Shown: positions 1 through 13,484 of the stretch, piece by piece
How the letters are laid out: the number at the start of each line of letters is the position of its first letter
Position numbering within the stretch: position 1 is the first letter of the stretch
From: the human T2T-CHM13v2.0 reference genome, Homo sapiens
NCBI RefSeq assembly: GCF_009914755.1
Contig: NC_060935.1
Length of the DNA stretch: 64,000 bases
Direction: 5' to 3' (one strand)
Notes under the pieces: generated by a model
Databases searched by the model: none
Told to the model about the DNA's origin: nothing
The model's input: only the letters and a program-made list of their open reading frames with translations
Program-made: the position numbers and the translations under genes

Positions 1-162
1 TAGTATTTTATAGTTATTATCATCACAGGACTTAATATAACCTTCCATTTAATTGGGAGTTCCTCGAGAGATGGGCTTCATAATTTGTATACCCCATTAC
101 AGCACCTGGTATAGTGCTCTATACTAATGTCACAAATACATTTTTTCAATATTTATTCTATA

Positions 163-2118
163 GTCAAACTATCCCTGTTTGCAGATGACATGATTCTACA
201 CCTAGGAAATGTCACGGTCTTGGCCCAAAAGTTCCTTCAGCTGATAAACAACTTCAGCTAAGTTTCAGGATACAATATCAACATACAAACACCACTAGCA
301 TTCCCATACACCAACAACAGCCAAGCTGAAAGCCAAATCAGGAATGCAGTTCCATTCACAATTGCCAAAAAAAGAAAGAGATACCTAGGAATACAGCTAA
401 CCAGGAAGGTGAAAGAGGTCTACAATGAGAATTACAAAACACTGCTCAAAGAAATCAGAGATGACACAAACAAATGGAAAAAACATTCCATGCTTATCAG
501 AGAAGTATCAATATTGTTAAAATGGCCATATTGCCCAAAGAAATTTATAGATTTAATGCTATTCCTATCAGACTATCAATGACGTTCTTCAAAAACTAGA
601 AAAAACATTTTAAAATTCATATGGAACCAAAAAAGGGCCAGAATAACCAAGGCAAATCTAAGCAAAAAGAACAAGGCTAGAAGCATCATGTTACCCGATT
701 TCAAACTATACTACAGGGCTACAGTAACCAAAACAGCACGGGGCTGCCACAAAATCAGACACATAGACCAATGGAACAGAATAAAGAACCCAGAAGTAAG
801 GCTGCATAACTACAATCATCCAATCTTGAACAAAGCCGACAAAAAACAAGCACTGGGGAAAGGACTCCCTATTTAACAAATAGTGCTGCAATAACTGGCT
901 AGCCGTATGCAGAAAATTGAAACTGGACCCCTTCGTTACATCACATACAAAAATTAACTCAAGATAGAATAAAAACTTAAATGTAAAACCCAAAACAATA
1001 AAAACCCTGGAAGACAACCTAGGCAATACCATTCTAAATATAGGAACTGGCAAAGAGTTCATGACAAAGATGCCAAAAGCAATTGCAACAAAAGAAAAAT
1101 TGACAAATGGGATCTAATTAAACTAAAGAGCTTCTGCACAGCAAAAGAAACTATCAACAGAGTAAACGACAACCTACAGAATGGGAGAAAATTTTTGCAA
1201 GCTATGTATTGACAAAGGTCTAATATTCAGCAACTCTAAGGAACTTAAATTTGCAAGAAAAAATAACCCCATTAAAAAGTGGGCAAAGGACATGAACAGA
1301 CATTTTTCAAAAGAAGACATGCATGTGGCCAATGACCATATGAAAAAAGCTCAATTTCACTAATCATTAGGGAAATGCAAACCAAAACCACAATGAGATA
1401 CCATCTCACACCAGTCAGAATGGCTATTATTAAAAAGTAAAAAAAAAAAAAAAAATAGATGCTGACAAGGTTGTGGAGAAAAGGGAACACTTATACACTC
1501 TTGGGAGGAGTGTAAATTAGTTCAACCATTGTGGAAAGCAGTGTGGAAATTCCTCAAAGAGCTAAAAGCAGAACTATCATTTGACCCAGCGATCCCATTA
1601 GTGGGTATATACCCAAAGGAGTATAACTCGTTCTATCATAAAGACACATGCACCCATATGTTTACTGCAGTACTATTCACAATAGCAAAGAGATGAAGTC
1701 AACCTAAATGTCCATCAATGGTAGACTGGATACAGAAAATGTGGTACAAATACACCATGGAATACTATGCAGCCATAAAAAAGAATGAGATCATGTCCTG
1801 TGCAGGAACATGAATGGAGCTGGAGGCCATTATCCTTAGCAAACTAACAGAAAAACTGAAAACCAAATACTGCATGTTCTCACTTTGAGGGAGCTAAACG
1901 ATGAGAACCTATGGGCAAAAAGAGGGCAACTACAGACACTGGGACCTACTTAAGGGTGGAGGAGGGAAGAAGGGAGAGAATCAGGAAAAATAACTGCTAG
2001 GTACTAGGTTTAGTACCTGGGCAATGAAATAATCTGTACAAACAAACCCCCGTGACATAAATTTACCTATATAAAAAACCTGCACATGAACCCCTGAACT
2101 ATAACAAAAGTTTAAAAT
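163..2118 (+). mobile_element. 5'-truncated LINE-1, older primate L1PA (L1PA13-16-like), ORF2 RT end to 3'UTR
   Basis: Starts at gtcaaactatccctgtttgcagatgac (LFADD). ORF2 fragments at 688-876 and 1181-1363. 3'UTR ...aataatctgtacaaacaaacccc... Candidate TSD atatttattctata (149-162) / atatttattccaca (2123-2136). Confidence 0.9.
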
Positions 2119-2289
2119 ATATATATTTATTCCACAACTACTACAAATTCTATAATCTACTAGTGATAAATAACAGTGAATAAGGCAGAGTTTGTGTCTG
2201 GTTCTTAAAACACTATTGTCCATCAGAATGAAATTAAGTAAGTAATTATGGTAAAATACAAACCCAATAAATAGCAGCTACTAGAAAAA

Positions 2290-2450
2290 GTTACTTATAA
2301 ATGTTCTCAGCTTCAGATTCCTAAATCTCTAAAACAGGAATAACATTCACTTCTGATAAGTAACTATAAACAGCAAATAAGATGACAATGTGCTAAATGC
2401 TTAGCATGGTACCTAAAACACTGTAAATAATCAAGAAATGTTATTTTCTA
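2290..2450 (+). mobile_element. MIR fragment
   Basis: Degenerate MIR core ctcagcttcagattcctaaatctctaaaacagg...cttagcatggtacc. Confidence 0.55.
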
Positions 2451-2509
2451 AAAGTTATCAAAATAGTATAAATGTAAAATATTGATTTTTATATTTGTGC
2501 TTTACTATA

Positions 2510-4490
2510 TAATACGAAGTTTACTGCTATAACCCAAATCTCAATGCCTTAACCCAATGAAAGTCTAATATTCATTAAATAATAATTTGGGGGTGGCGGT
2601 GAGCAGGAGTATCGCAGTAGAGAGAGAATACTTGGTACATGGTCATTTAGGGAACTAAGTTCCAAAAATCCTGTGAGATCTACTTTTGAGGACATAATTG
2701 AAAGGGAAAAGAAAGCAAACCCTACATTTGCCTCGAAATGACTTCTGCTCATATTCCATTGACAAGGCATAGTCACATAGCCTCCATACATGGGGGCTAT
2801 CTGAGTCTATCTGTATGCCCCAAAAGAGCAAAGAGAGAATCTAATTAGTTTCTGGAACAATCCATTATTTAACTCACTAAATACCTATTTTTTTTTTAAT
2901 TCTTCCTCCCAGATATAGAATGCACTCAAGCTCTCCACTAGGAAGATTACCAAAGGTCCCAGCCAGGACAAAATCTAGGATCTCCAGTTCATACATAATC
3001 TTCTTCATCAGATGTAGATGTCGCTCTCCATGTCCCCACAACATACGCCTTAAAGAGAAGATATCTGTCCTGTCTCCCTCTGTACAAAACACATACCATG
3101 GGGAAACAGAGAAAGGATCACCGCATTTAGAAATGCAAAAAAAAAAATGGAAAATATTCAGTGGTTGCTAATCTGTAGCATTATGAAATCCCACTGGATG
3201 TATGAACATTGTGAAGGAAGAAATTCCTTGTTAAGGCCCTAATTTTGTTCTCCAGGAGAAACTCCCTAGTCCTTTGTTGTTCTCCATGGCTCCTGGCTTC
3301 ACCCTCTATGGGTTTTCCTTGCCTGTTATCTCCCGTGGCCACATATGAAGTTGGTGTTGAGAAGTATGCCACTTGAGGACAGCTTTTAGGGCTCAATGAA
3401 CAGTCACATGCCTTCTAAGGCCAAGTTCCAAGTTTCTCTAGCAACAAAATTCCATCAGAATCATAGCAGCTTCCAGTCAGATCCAAATGCTAATAACCAA
3501 CTCCAAAATTACTTTTTATCATTCTCAAATCTGCTTTATTTTTTTGCTTCTTTTCCCAATGTCTCATCTCTCTGTTAATTTACTGGTGGCTACTCTGACT
3601 TTTCAGGCTCAAGAAAGCCACACATCTTAATCTGACCATTATATCAATGTGTAGCCACTCGGCTACACGTAAGACTGAGAAGTCTTATGGGGTCTTTTTT
3701 GCTCAAAGCCTTCTTAAAATCCATCTTTTATTTTTGAGAGTTTAAAAACAGTCATTTTTTCCAATTCTGAATTTCTGGTTATTATTTTCTTTCACTCCTG
3801 TAAACCAAACAATAGTTTCCTAAACTCATCTCTTCCTTGACTACATTTGGCAAGGTAATGCAATTACAATGAACACACACTACTAACAACTTCTTTTCTT
3901 AAACCTTCAATCTTGGTAGAAACATGAAATGGCCTCCAAGTTGCCAAAGGTAAGAGTTTTACAAACATTCATCACATGACATAGATTTCTAGCCATCCCA
4001 ATATGCTGTATGTGTTCCTCACTGCCCAACCCTTAGGCCAATGTCATATACTTTGGGATCTTGTTACAGTAGCAACACAATTCAAAATGTCAATTTCTAT
4101 GTTGATCAGGGTAAGTAACTCTCTCTGCTGTAACAACTAACTCCAAAGCTTCAGTGGCTTACACAACAAAAGTTTTCCCTCTTATGTCACAATCAATTTG
4201 GGACAGGGAAAGATGGTCTTTCACTATGTGACTCAATGACATTTTGTCTACTAGTGTCTATCCTAGGGCCTTGGAAACTCCCACTAAATATTCCTCAATG
4301 AGGAGAGTATGGAAAGTTTTGAAGGAAATTTTAGGGTTAGTTCTAAACGTCATGCTCATTATTTTCATCCACATTCTACTCTCGAGAGCTAGTATCATGG
4401 CCCCACCTAATACAAGAGGAAGTACGTCTAACAGTATGCCACAGAAGAGAGAAAATGGTTATAATAGAATAACCACCCAGTCTCTGCCAT
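2510..4490 (-). mobile_element. Degenerate MaLR (MLT1-type) element: LTR ~4100-4490, internal ~2870-4100, second LTR ~2510-2870
   Basis: Two similar MLT1-like segments (gctgtaac/gctataac...cagtggctta/caatgcctta; cacattctact/catattccatt...catggcccc/catagcctcc). Terminal ctgccata at ~4490. MaLR internal/LTR junction-like ttgttacagtagcaacac...caatttcta at ~4060-4100. Confidence 0.5.
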
Positions 4491-6655
4491 ATCTGTATCC
4501 TTGAACAAAAATTGCATACTCTTATCTATGCCAAAATCCAAAACTATCTATCATTTCAAGCAGACCCTTCTCAGCCCACAGATGGAGAATACTAAATAAA
4601 TGAAGTCCATAGGTTCATTTAGTTACTCTAGTATATAAAGTATAATTCTGATATAACCATATGAACTTAATCCAAATCAAATATTTCGTTGTCATTCTTT
4701 TAAAGATAAATTATCTTAGTCATGATTGGATAAAATTTATGACAGAAAACTCATTACTTTTTCAGGGGCGAAACACTATTTTCATTCCTGACCAAATGTC
4801 AACATAAAAGATTAAGATGAACAAATCAAGATCTATTATTTCTGGAGAATGGGATTACTGATGGAAGAGGGGGTACTTAAATGGAAATATAATAATTTAA
4901 TATTTAAATTTACTTTGAAATGTTTTAAAATCTATTTCAAAGAAAAAAATTGTTTTGTTACAATAATCTGTCTTGTTTAAATAAGTAACAATATTTTATT
5001 GACTAGAAATCAACCCCAAAAGCTAGTTTTTAAGCTGTTTAGTTGAAAACTCTTTATCGACAAATAACTGATCATCTGTTTTAGTTCTACCTTAACATAA
5101 ATGTCCCACATATTGTACCTGGATAAAACAGTAAAGACTTAAACACTTCAAAGGAAAACATACTTTAAATATAAATGGAGGCATTTAGTTATTTTTTTTT
5201 CCCTCAAGTCTATATAAAAAGGTCAACTGCTAAGTAAAAACAAGAATAGGAATGAAATGGGAGGATAAATCTTTTACCAAATAAGGATAAACGTAGAACT
5301 GGAGCAATTATCTAATATATTAAATTATTAATCACATATGACTTAAACCTTCTGGAATTGGCATGAAATCATTATAGAAACACCAGTCAGCATTTCTTGT
5401 AAGACTCCTAAAAAAGTAGAAGGTTCTTCCCAACTTTCTATGCTAAAGGTTGACATGTATTTCCCTTGGAGAACATGTCTATATGTTATCAAATCTTATA
5501 TTCCAAAATACACAGTCTCTTGCCTTCAGGGACGCAATAACATTTGAAAACATCTATGCATACATACACAATACTTTATACCTCTAAAAATATCCAGTAA
5601 TCTAGTTCTAAAGAGGTTCTATAATGCTAACCAGAAAATCCCTTGGCATCTCTTTGCTCGCTCAGCCATCTGGATCCATCTTTTTTCGCTGATTAGGGAG
5701 GAAGAGCACAAGGTTCCATATATCCATTGATATCTTTAATTAGGATTCCTTTCCTCCCCATGTTGTTGAAAGTCAAAGAAACAGCACACCCAAAATATCT
5801 TTGAAAATGGTAAAAGTGGTATTCAAATGTTACTACTGCATAGAGCTTATTTTCTTGGTTATAATAACTCCCATTCACATAATTCCTTATAGATCGCAAA
5901 GTATACAGCAGGTTAATCTGATTACTCCAACTAGTTGACAAATGTAGGAAATCAGAAAAAATGATAAACATCTCTGTTCATTTTAACTTAAAACATAAAT
6001 GTACAACTTTTACTACAATAAGAAACTTTTAGATTTAGAAGAAATGTGATGATTTCCTGAATAACCTTTCTACTGTTTTTCATAAATTAAATTATTGAGT
6101 ATAACATAAAATTATGGACTGGGGGACTTTGGCTACCACAGAAGAAATTTCTAGCTTTGCAGGTAATTTTTGCCCATCTTCCTCTTTATATTTAAATAGG
6201 TCTATTGCTGTCACTATGCATATGATTCCTATATCACCCATAATTTCATTTTCCAATGAATAGTCAACATTAATCAACTATTACTGTCATCTTCACTAAA
6301 CGTTCAGGAACACATACTTTTATAGCTATCAGCCAATAAACTATATTTTTAGTTCTTTTTGTGATTCATTATTTTCTGTAGCATTGTCAAAGTTAGTTCT
6401 TGTTTTTCTCTAAGATTTACTAAAAATTAGGCTGGGAATTCTGCTTTACCTGTGGAACTGAACTGGGAATTCTGTTCTATTTGTAAAAACTATCCATAAT
6501 GCAGATGACTTGTAAAAGACATCCTTATAGAATCTATGATTTTGAATCCAATTTATCTTAAAACATAACTTAAAAATTTTCGTCATGCCAGAACCCCTTG
6601 ATCCATATGCTGAATTAAGGAAGGCATATTTATTAATTAGAAAACACCCCATATA

Positions 6656-7034
<379 letters not shown>

Positions 7035-7659
7035 TTAAAAGATTAGTAGAAAAAATGACATCTACTCAAAGGTGAGAACAATGACACAAAAAGTGTCACC
7101 CAAAGTCAAAGTATACCATAAGAAACATATAAATGGTGAACCAAAGATAAAGCAGGATTCTGACTAAGGGAATTAAAAATGTTCCACATGTGCTGCAGAA
7201 TCAACCATGGGTATTAAATGAAAAGCAAGAAGGTGAGAGAAGGGGAATTCAAAGAGAAAGGAATAGCTTGATCAAAGGCACAGAGGCCTGAAAATCCGTA
7301 ATACATTTTCTGGGGGAAAAAAAGCCAATAAAACATGGCTGAAATACAGAATGTTTGGGAAGAAGCAGCAAAGGGTGACAGTACTATACGAGGCTTTCAT
7401 AGAAAAATAACTTATAGGCAAATAATGAAAGCATTTTCTACAATGATAAAGAGGATTCATTTCATTCTGTAGATAGTGGGATGTCCCTGACACTTCTGGA
7501 GTAAGGTAAAAGTGACAAGATCAAATTGGTGTTTAGGAATAGTAACTCTGGTGATAGTGAAATGTAAGCAATGATAAACTAGAGGAAGACTGGATAAGAA
7601 ATTTTTATAATTACCAAGAAGAAAGATAATGAGAGCCTTAAATTTAAGCAGTAGAGGCC

Positions 7660-8170
7660 AAGGTGGACCATATTTGGGGCCACAAAACTAGCATTCATAA
7701 AATTTAAAATAATTTGAATTATACAAATCTACATCTTCTGACCACCATGCAGTTAAATTCAAAACCAATTTATCTACAAAATCTCACAATATTAGGAACA
7801 CAATTCTAAATAACTCACGGGTCAAGAATAATTCAAAAGAAAAATTTAAAAATATTTTAACTGAATAAAATAAAACACAATTTAATAAAGTTTGTGAGAT
7901 GCAGTTAAAGCAGCGCTTAAAGATTAATTTATAGCACTAAACAGTTTTACCAGAAAGGAATAAAGGTCTCCAATCAATGACTTCAGCTTCTATCCTAAAA
8001 ACTTGAAAATGTAATGCAAATTAACCCAAAAGTAAGCAGAAGGAGGAAAATAATAAAGTTGAGAATGGAAATCAATGAAAGTGGTAACAAAAGTAACAGA
8101 AAAAAATAAATGAAAGCTGGTCTTGAAAAGATCAACAAAATTTATAGATTGATCAGGGAAAAAAGAAAGA
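7660..8170 (+). mobile_element. Old mammalian L1 (L1M) ORF2 endonuclease-end/linker fragment
   Basis: gaccatatttggggccacaaaact...tctgaccacc...gatgcagttaaagcagcgctta. Confidence 0.65.
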
Positions 8171-8174
8171 AGGA

Positions 8175-9290
8175 AGTTTTATAATTTTAGAGTTTACATT
8201 TAGGTCTATGATTTATTTGGATCATTTTTAATACACTGAGAGATGGATTGAAGATCATTTGTTAATATGCTTATTCAGTTATTCTGCACCATTTGTTGAA
8301 AAGACTATCCTTTCTCCACTGAATAATCTTTATACATTTTTTTTAAAAATCGGTTGTCCATATATGTATGGGTCTATGTTTGTATTCTCTATTTAGTTCT
8401 ATTGATTAAATTAATATTGTTTATCGTCTATCTTGTCTACAGTATTAAACTATTTTAATCATTACAATGTGTCTTCAAGTTAATTAGTGGAAGTCTTCAA
8501 ACTTTGCTCTTACTTTTCAAAGTTGTTTTGCCTAGTGTAGGTCTTTTGCATTTACATATAAATTTGAATTCCAATAGATTATTGCTATCCTATACAAAAA
8601 TAATTTTTGTAAATTGATCTTTTATCTTGCAACTTCTAAGAAATCCTTAATTAGTTTTAGTAGTGTTTGGAGATTCTGGAAAGTATTCCACATACAGGAT
8701 CATTTTATCAACTCTTTTCTGTATTTTTTATTTTTTTAAGAAAATCCCTATGAAATAGTTTCGGTATTTTCTTCTGGCCTATATTTTAGTTCACGAATTT
8801 TCTTCAACAATACTCAATGTGTTGCTAAGTCAATCCTCTGAGTTGCTAATTTCAGTTATCATACTTTTTCAGTTCTCGTATTTGATGTAATTCCTAGTTT
8901 CTAGTTCTCTGCCACATACTAAGTCTTCTTCCCCCTTAAACGTATTAAGCACAGCCATGTATGATAGTCCCATTAGCTAAATCCCCTGTGAGTCTGTTTC
9001 TAGTAATATTTCTCTTAGTTTCTTAATCACATTGTCTTACCTCCTTGAATGTCTGACTATTTTTGATTGAATGCTAAATGCTGTATGTTTTTTATGTGGC
9101 CATAACTTGAGATTCTCAATGGTGCTACCTTCATCCAAATTAAACTTATGTTTTCTTTTAGCAGGCAGCTAGCCTAATGGCCTTAGAAATAACAAATCAC
9201 CTTAATCCAATCAGAGGTTAAAATTATTCAAGGCTAGGATTCAGTCTCAGTGACAGCTGATCTATTTCTAGTTCACCAATACACATACAA
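8175..9290 (-). mobile_element. Old L1M fragments in the opposite orientation
   Basis: tttacatttaggtctatgat...gcaccatttgttgaaaagactatcctttctccactgaat (reverse L1 ORF2), followed by more diverged L1M-like sequence. Confidence 0.55.
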
Positions 9291-10260
9291 TGTAGTCTAT
9301 TTTGACAAACTAAATTCAGAAACTGATTTAAGTTAAAAGAATGAAAGTTACCCAGTTTCTGACTCCATTAAAGTCAGAAAATTCTGACTATCTATTTTAG
9401 TACTGAAAGCTCTCTCCAAAATTAAATGCTCTCTATCTTCTGTTTTTGTGTTAAACTCCACCTGGACTTCTTTATTAATTATAAAACAAATAAACCATTT
9501 GCAATGAGCTATAATGCTAGTCACATGGAAAACACGTTAGGCAAAACTACTTTCTGCATATAGTTGTAATTCAGTAATTGTTTCACTATCACTCAGAAGA
9601 GAATTATTTTATACACTGGTTGCATTTAGTCCACAATTTAAATCATTTTCCCGCATTAGAGAATAGTAAAATGTAAGAGAAATATAAATTTCATGTTTTT
9701 AATTTGTTCAAAATTTTAAAACATTAAATTTTGTAACACTGTTGCCATGCTCTGTTGACAGTTATATTAGAAGAGGGTGGAACAAACTCATAAGTATGAG
9801 GCCTCCCTGGTTCAAAGAAAGTAGAGACAGAACATTCAAATATATATTATTTCCATTTATTTGTTTTTTTAAAGGGGAACTTTGGGGTAATGCCAAACAA
9901 TAATATTTATGTTTATAGTCTAGAACTTTATGTGTTCTTTTGTTAAAATTTCCCACCAATTTTATTCTCATTTCAGAGGGGAAGGTCATACATATTTTAA
10001 AACTTCACATATATAAAGGATTAAATAGTTAAATAATGTTTGTATTTCTGACAATTTTCAACTCTACCTTATTCTAAAATAAAGTAACATTTTAAATGTC
10101 TTCATAATTTTATTTTTCCAAGCCTACTGGTATTTTCACATTATTGAAACAGTTACAAATGGGGAAAATTACCATGTACTTTATACTATTTGTATCTTTT
10201 CAAGGATACAACTTATCAAGCTATCAGATCATTTACTTTACTGAAAGAATGAATACAAAT

Positions 10261-11022
10261 TGATGGTGGCAGTGGCCAGTTTGGAGGAGCCCCTGTGGGG
10301 ATGCCAGCTGCAGTCAGGGACGTGTGGCTGGGGCTGTGCATTCCACAGAGCCCACGGGGGTGGGACAGGTGGGAGCCCCGCCCCCTACCAAGTCCCGTGC
10401 TACCAGGCACAGCTGCAGCCGCCCAGCTGCAGCTCTGGACCCGGGCATCCCTGCACTCTCGGAAGCCCAGGAAGCCCCCCCTATCCCCACAGGCTTGGAA
10501 GTGCCTGCTCCTGTTCCCTGGCCTCTCCTCGCTCCCAGTGCCCACTCTGATTTCAGAGAAAAGCTGTGGCTGAGCCTGGATGCTGTCGCCACCTGGCCAG
10601 GTGTGTGCACTCAGGGTGGTGCTGACATGACAGCCCTTTGCTGACTCACCCACCTCTGGACTTTGGTAACCATGGTAACCAGCGAGCATGGGAGGGTGGC
10701 CTGGGGTGAAGACAGATGGGTGCAGGCTTGCAGCTGCCCCTCGGCGCGAACAGCCTGGGCATCGTGGACAGCATGTCGATGGCAGTGGAAGACAGAAAGG
10801 TTACCAGGCAGGAAGGGGCCGGTCCTCGGTGAAACCCCCACCTTCAGGCCAAGGATAGCCTGAAGCCTGGGGTCCAGGCCATCCAGTCCTGGGTGAAGTT
10901 GGCACGTCAGTTCTGGGTGAAGTCTGGGGCTCAGAGTGAGAACTTCATTGATGGCTGTTCAGCCAGCCAGATGGTGCTTTTTCCAGGCCTGCCTGTGGCC
11001 ACACATGGACCAATCAGCACAC
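10261..11022 (+). mobile_element. ERV1 LTR, MER52-type (MER52A-like), 3' part missing
   Basis: Begins TGATGGTGGCAGTGGCC. GC-rich body (gcagccgcccagctgcagctctggacccgggcatccctgc; ggtgaaacccccaccttc). Breaks off just after ggaccaatcagcac, before the expected TATA/R/U5. Confidence 0.8.
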
Positions 11023-11974
11023 AGAGCCAAATCAGGAATGAACTTCCATTCACAATGGCCACAAAAAGAATAAAATACCTAAGAATACAGCTAACCAGAG
11101 AGGTAAAGGAGCGCTACAAGAAGAACTACAAACCACTGCCCAGAGAAATCAGAGATGACACAAACAACTGGAAAAACATTCCATGCTTATCAGAGGAACA
11201 ATCAATATTGTTAAAATGGCCATACTGCCCAAAGTAATTTACAGATTCAATGCTATGCCTATTAAACTACCACTGATATTCTCCACAGAACTAGAAAAAA
11301 ACTATTTTATAATTCATATGGAACCAAAAAACAGCCCAAATAGCTAAGGCAATCCTAAGCAAAAAGAACAAGGCTGAGACATCATGCTACTCAACTTCAA
11401 ACTACACTACGGGGCTACAGTAACCAAAACAGCATGGGATTGCCACAAAATCAGACACACGGATCAATGGAACAGAACAAGGAACCCAGAAATAAGACTG
11501 CACACCTACAACTATCTGATCTTCAACAAACGTGACAAAAACAAGCCCTGGGGAAAGGATTCCCTATTCAATAAATGGCGCTGGAATAACTGGCTAGCCT
11601 TACGCAGATTATTAAAACTGAACCCCTTCCTTACACCATATACAAAAATTAACTCAAGATGGATTAAAGAGTTAAATACAAAACTCCAAACCATAAAAAC
11701 TCTGAAAGACAACCTAGGCAATACCATTCTAAACATAGGAACTGGCAAAGAATTCATGATGAAGATGCCAAAAGCAATTGCAACAAAAGCAAAAATTGAC
11801 AAATGGAATCTAATTAAACTAAAGAGCTTCTGCATAGCAAAGGTAACTATCAACAAAGTAAACAGAAAACCTACCGAATGGGAGGAAATTTTTGCAAACT
11901 ATGCATCCAACAAGGTCTAATATTCAGCATCTATAAGGAACTTAAATTCACAAGAACAAAACAAACAACCCCAT
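11023..11974 (+). mobile_element. Internal L1PA ORF2 fragment with no 3'UTR, poly(A) or TSD
   Basis: ORF2 peptides in the tail of ORF 10893-11237 and in ORF 11384-11920 (TKTAW...DSLFNKW...KIDKW). Confidence 0.9.
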
Positions 11975-11978
11975 AATA

Positions 11979-12213
11979 AGATGGGACCTTCTAGTTGCAA
12001 GAAAATAAGCTTAGGGCTCCCACTGATTCTACCTTATGGTGAGTTTTATAATTGTTTCATTATATATTACAATGTAATAATAATAGAAATAAAGTACACA
12101 ATAAATGTAATGCACTTAAATCATCCTGAAATCATATCCCCCTGCCCACAGTCCATGAAAAAACTGTCTTCCATGAAACTGGTCCCTGATGCCAAAAAGG
12201 TTGGGGACCACTG
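11979..12213 (+). mobile_element. MER1A (hAT-Charlie), 3' half only
   Basis: agatgggaccttctagttgc...gggctcccactgattct...ggtccctgatgccaaaaaggttggggaccactg terminal repeat, followed by a Charlie-type target ctctggaa. Confidence 0.8.
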
Positions 12214-13484
12214 CTCTGGAACAAATGGACCTAACAGACCTATACAGAACATTCCACCCAACAACAGAAGGATAAACATTTTCCTAAGCACACATTAAAC
12301 ATTCTCCAGGATAGATCAAGTTAGGCCACAAAACAAGTCGTAACAAATTTATGAAAACTGAAATCATAGCAAGAATATTTTCTAAATAAATTGGTATGAA
12401 ATTAGAAATCAATAATGGGAGGAAAAACTGGAAAATTCACAAATCTGTGGAAATTAACACACTCTTAAGCAACCAATGTATCGAAGAATAAACTAAAAGA
12501 GAAGTAAAAAAATATCTTGAGAAAGTGAAAATGAAAAAAATAACGTATCAAACCTTATGGGATGCAGCAAAAGCAGTTCTAAGAGGAAAGTTTATAGTAA
12601 TAAATGCCTACATTAAGAAAAAAACAAAGATCTCAAACAAACAACTTCACTTTATACCTCAAGAACTAGAAAAAGAAGAGCAAACTAAATCAGCGGAAGA
12701 AAAGAAAATAATAAAGATTAGAGTAGAAATAAATGAAATATAAACAAGGAAAGCAAAAGAAAAAAATCAACAAAACTAAGAGGTGGTTTTTTGAAAAGAC
12801 AAGCAAAATTGACAAGCCTTTAGCCAGACTAGGAAAAGAGAAGACTCAAATAAATAAAATCAGAAATAAAACAGCCAACACTACAATTGATATCATAGAA
12901 ATAGAATCATAAGAGATTACTATGAACAATCATATGCAAACAAATTGAATAACCTAGAAGAAATGTATCAATTCCTAGAAACATAAAACCTACTAACACT
13001 GAATCATGAAGAAATAGGAAATCTGAGTAGATGAATAATAAGCAAGGAGACTGAATCATACAGATCATAAAAAGCCATATAAAGACTACAGAAAAAGAAA
13101 ATTACAAGCTAACATCCCTGGTGAATACAGACTCAAAAATATTCAACAAATGGAATTCAACAGCACACTGCAAACATCCTATACCATCATCCCCAGTAGG
13201 ATTTATCCCTGGAGGGCAAGAATGGTTCAATATATGCAAATCCATAAATTTAGTATACCACATTAACAGAATCAGTATCACATGATCATCTCATTAAATC
13301 ACAAACAACATTTGATAAAATCCAATATATTTTAATGATAAAAACTCTCAACAAATTAGGTAAGAAGGATGTACCCCCCAAATAATAAAGTCTATATATG
13401 TCAAGTCCACCAGTAACATCATATTCAATGACAAAAAGCTTTTCCTCTGAAAGTTTTTCCTCTAACATCAGAGACAAGCAATTA

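Noticed and set aside
7660-9290. Twin-priming L1 inversion
   Set aside because: Opposite-orientation L1M pieces abut, but I could not find a poly(A) tail, TSD or the expected collinear breakpoint; too diverged to call.
10216-10863. Cluster of overlapping 66-157-aa ORFs suggesting a GC-rich gene or CpG-island promoter
   Set aside because: They lie within the MER52-type LTR; GC richness suppresses stop codons and no protein family is recognisable.
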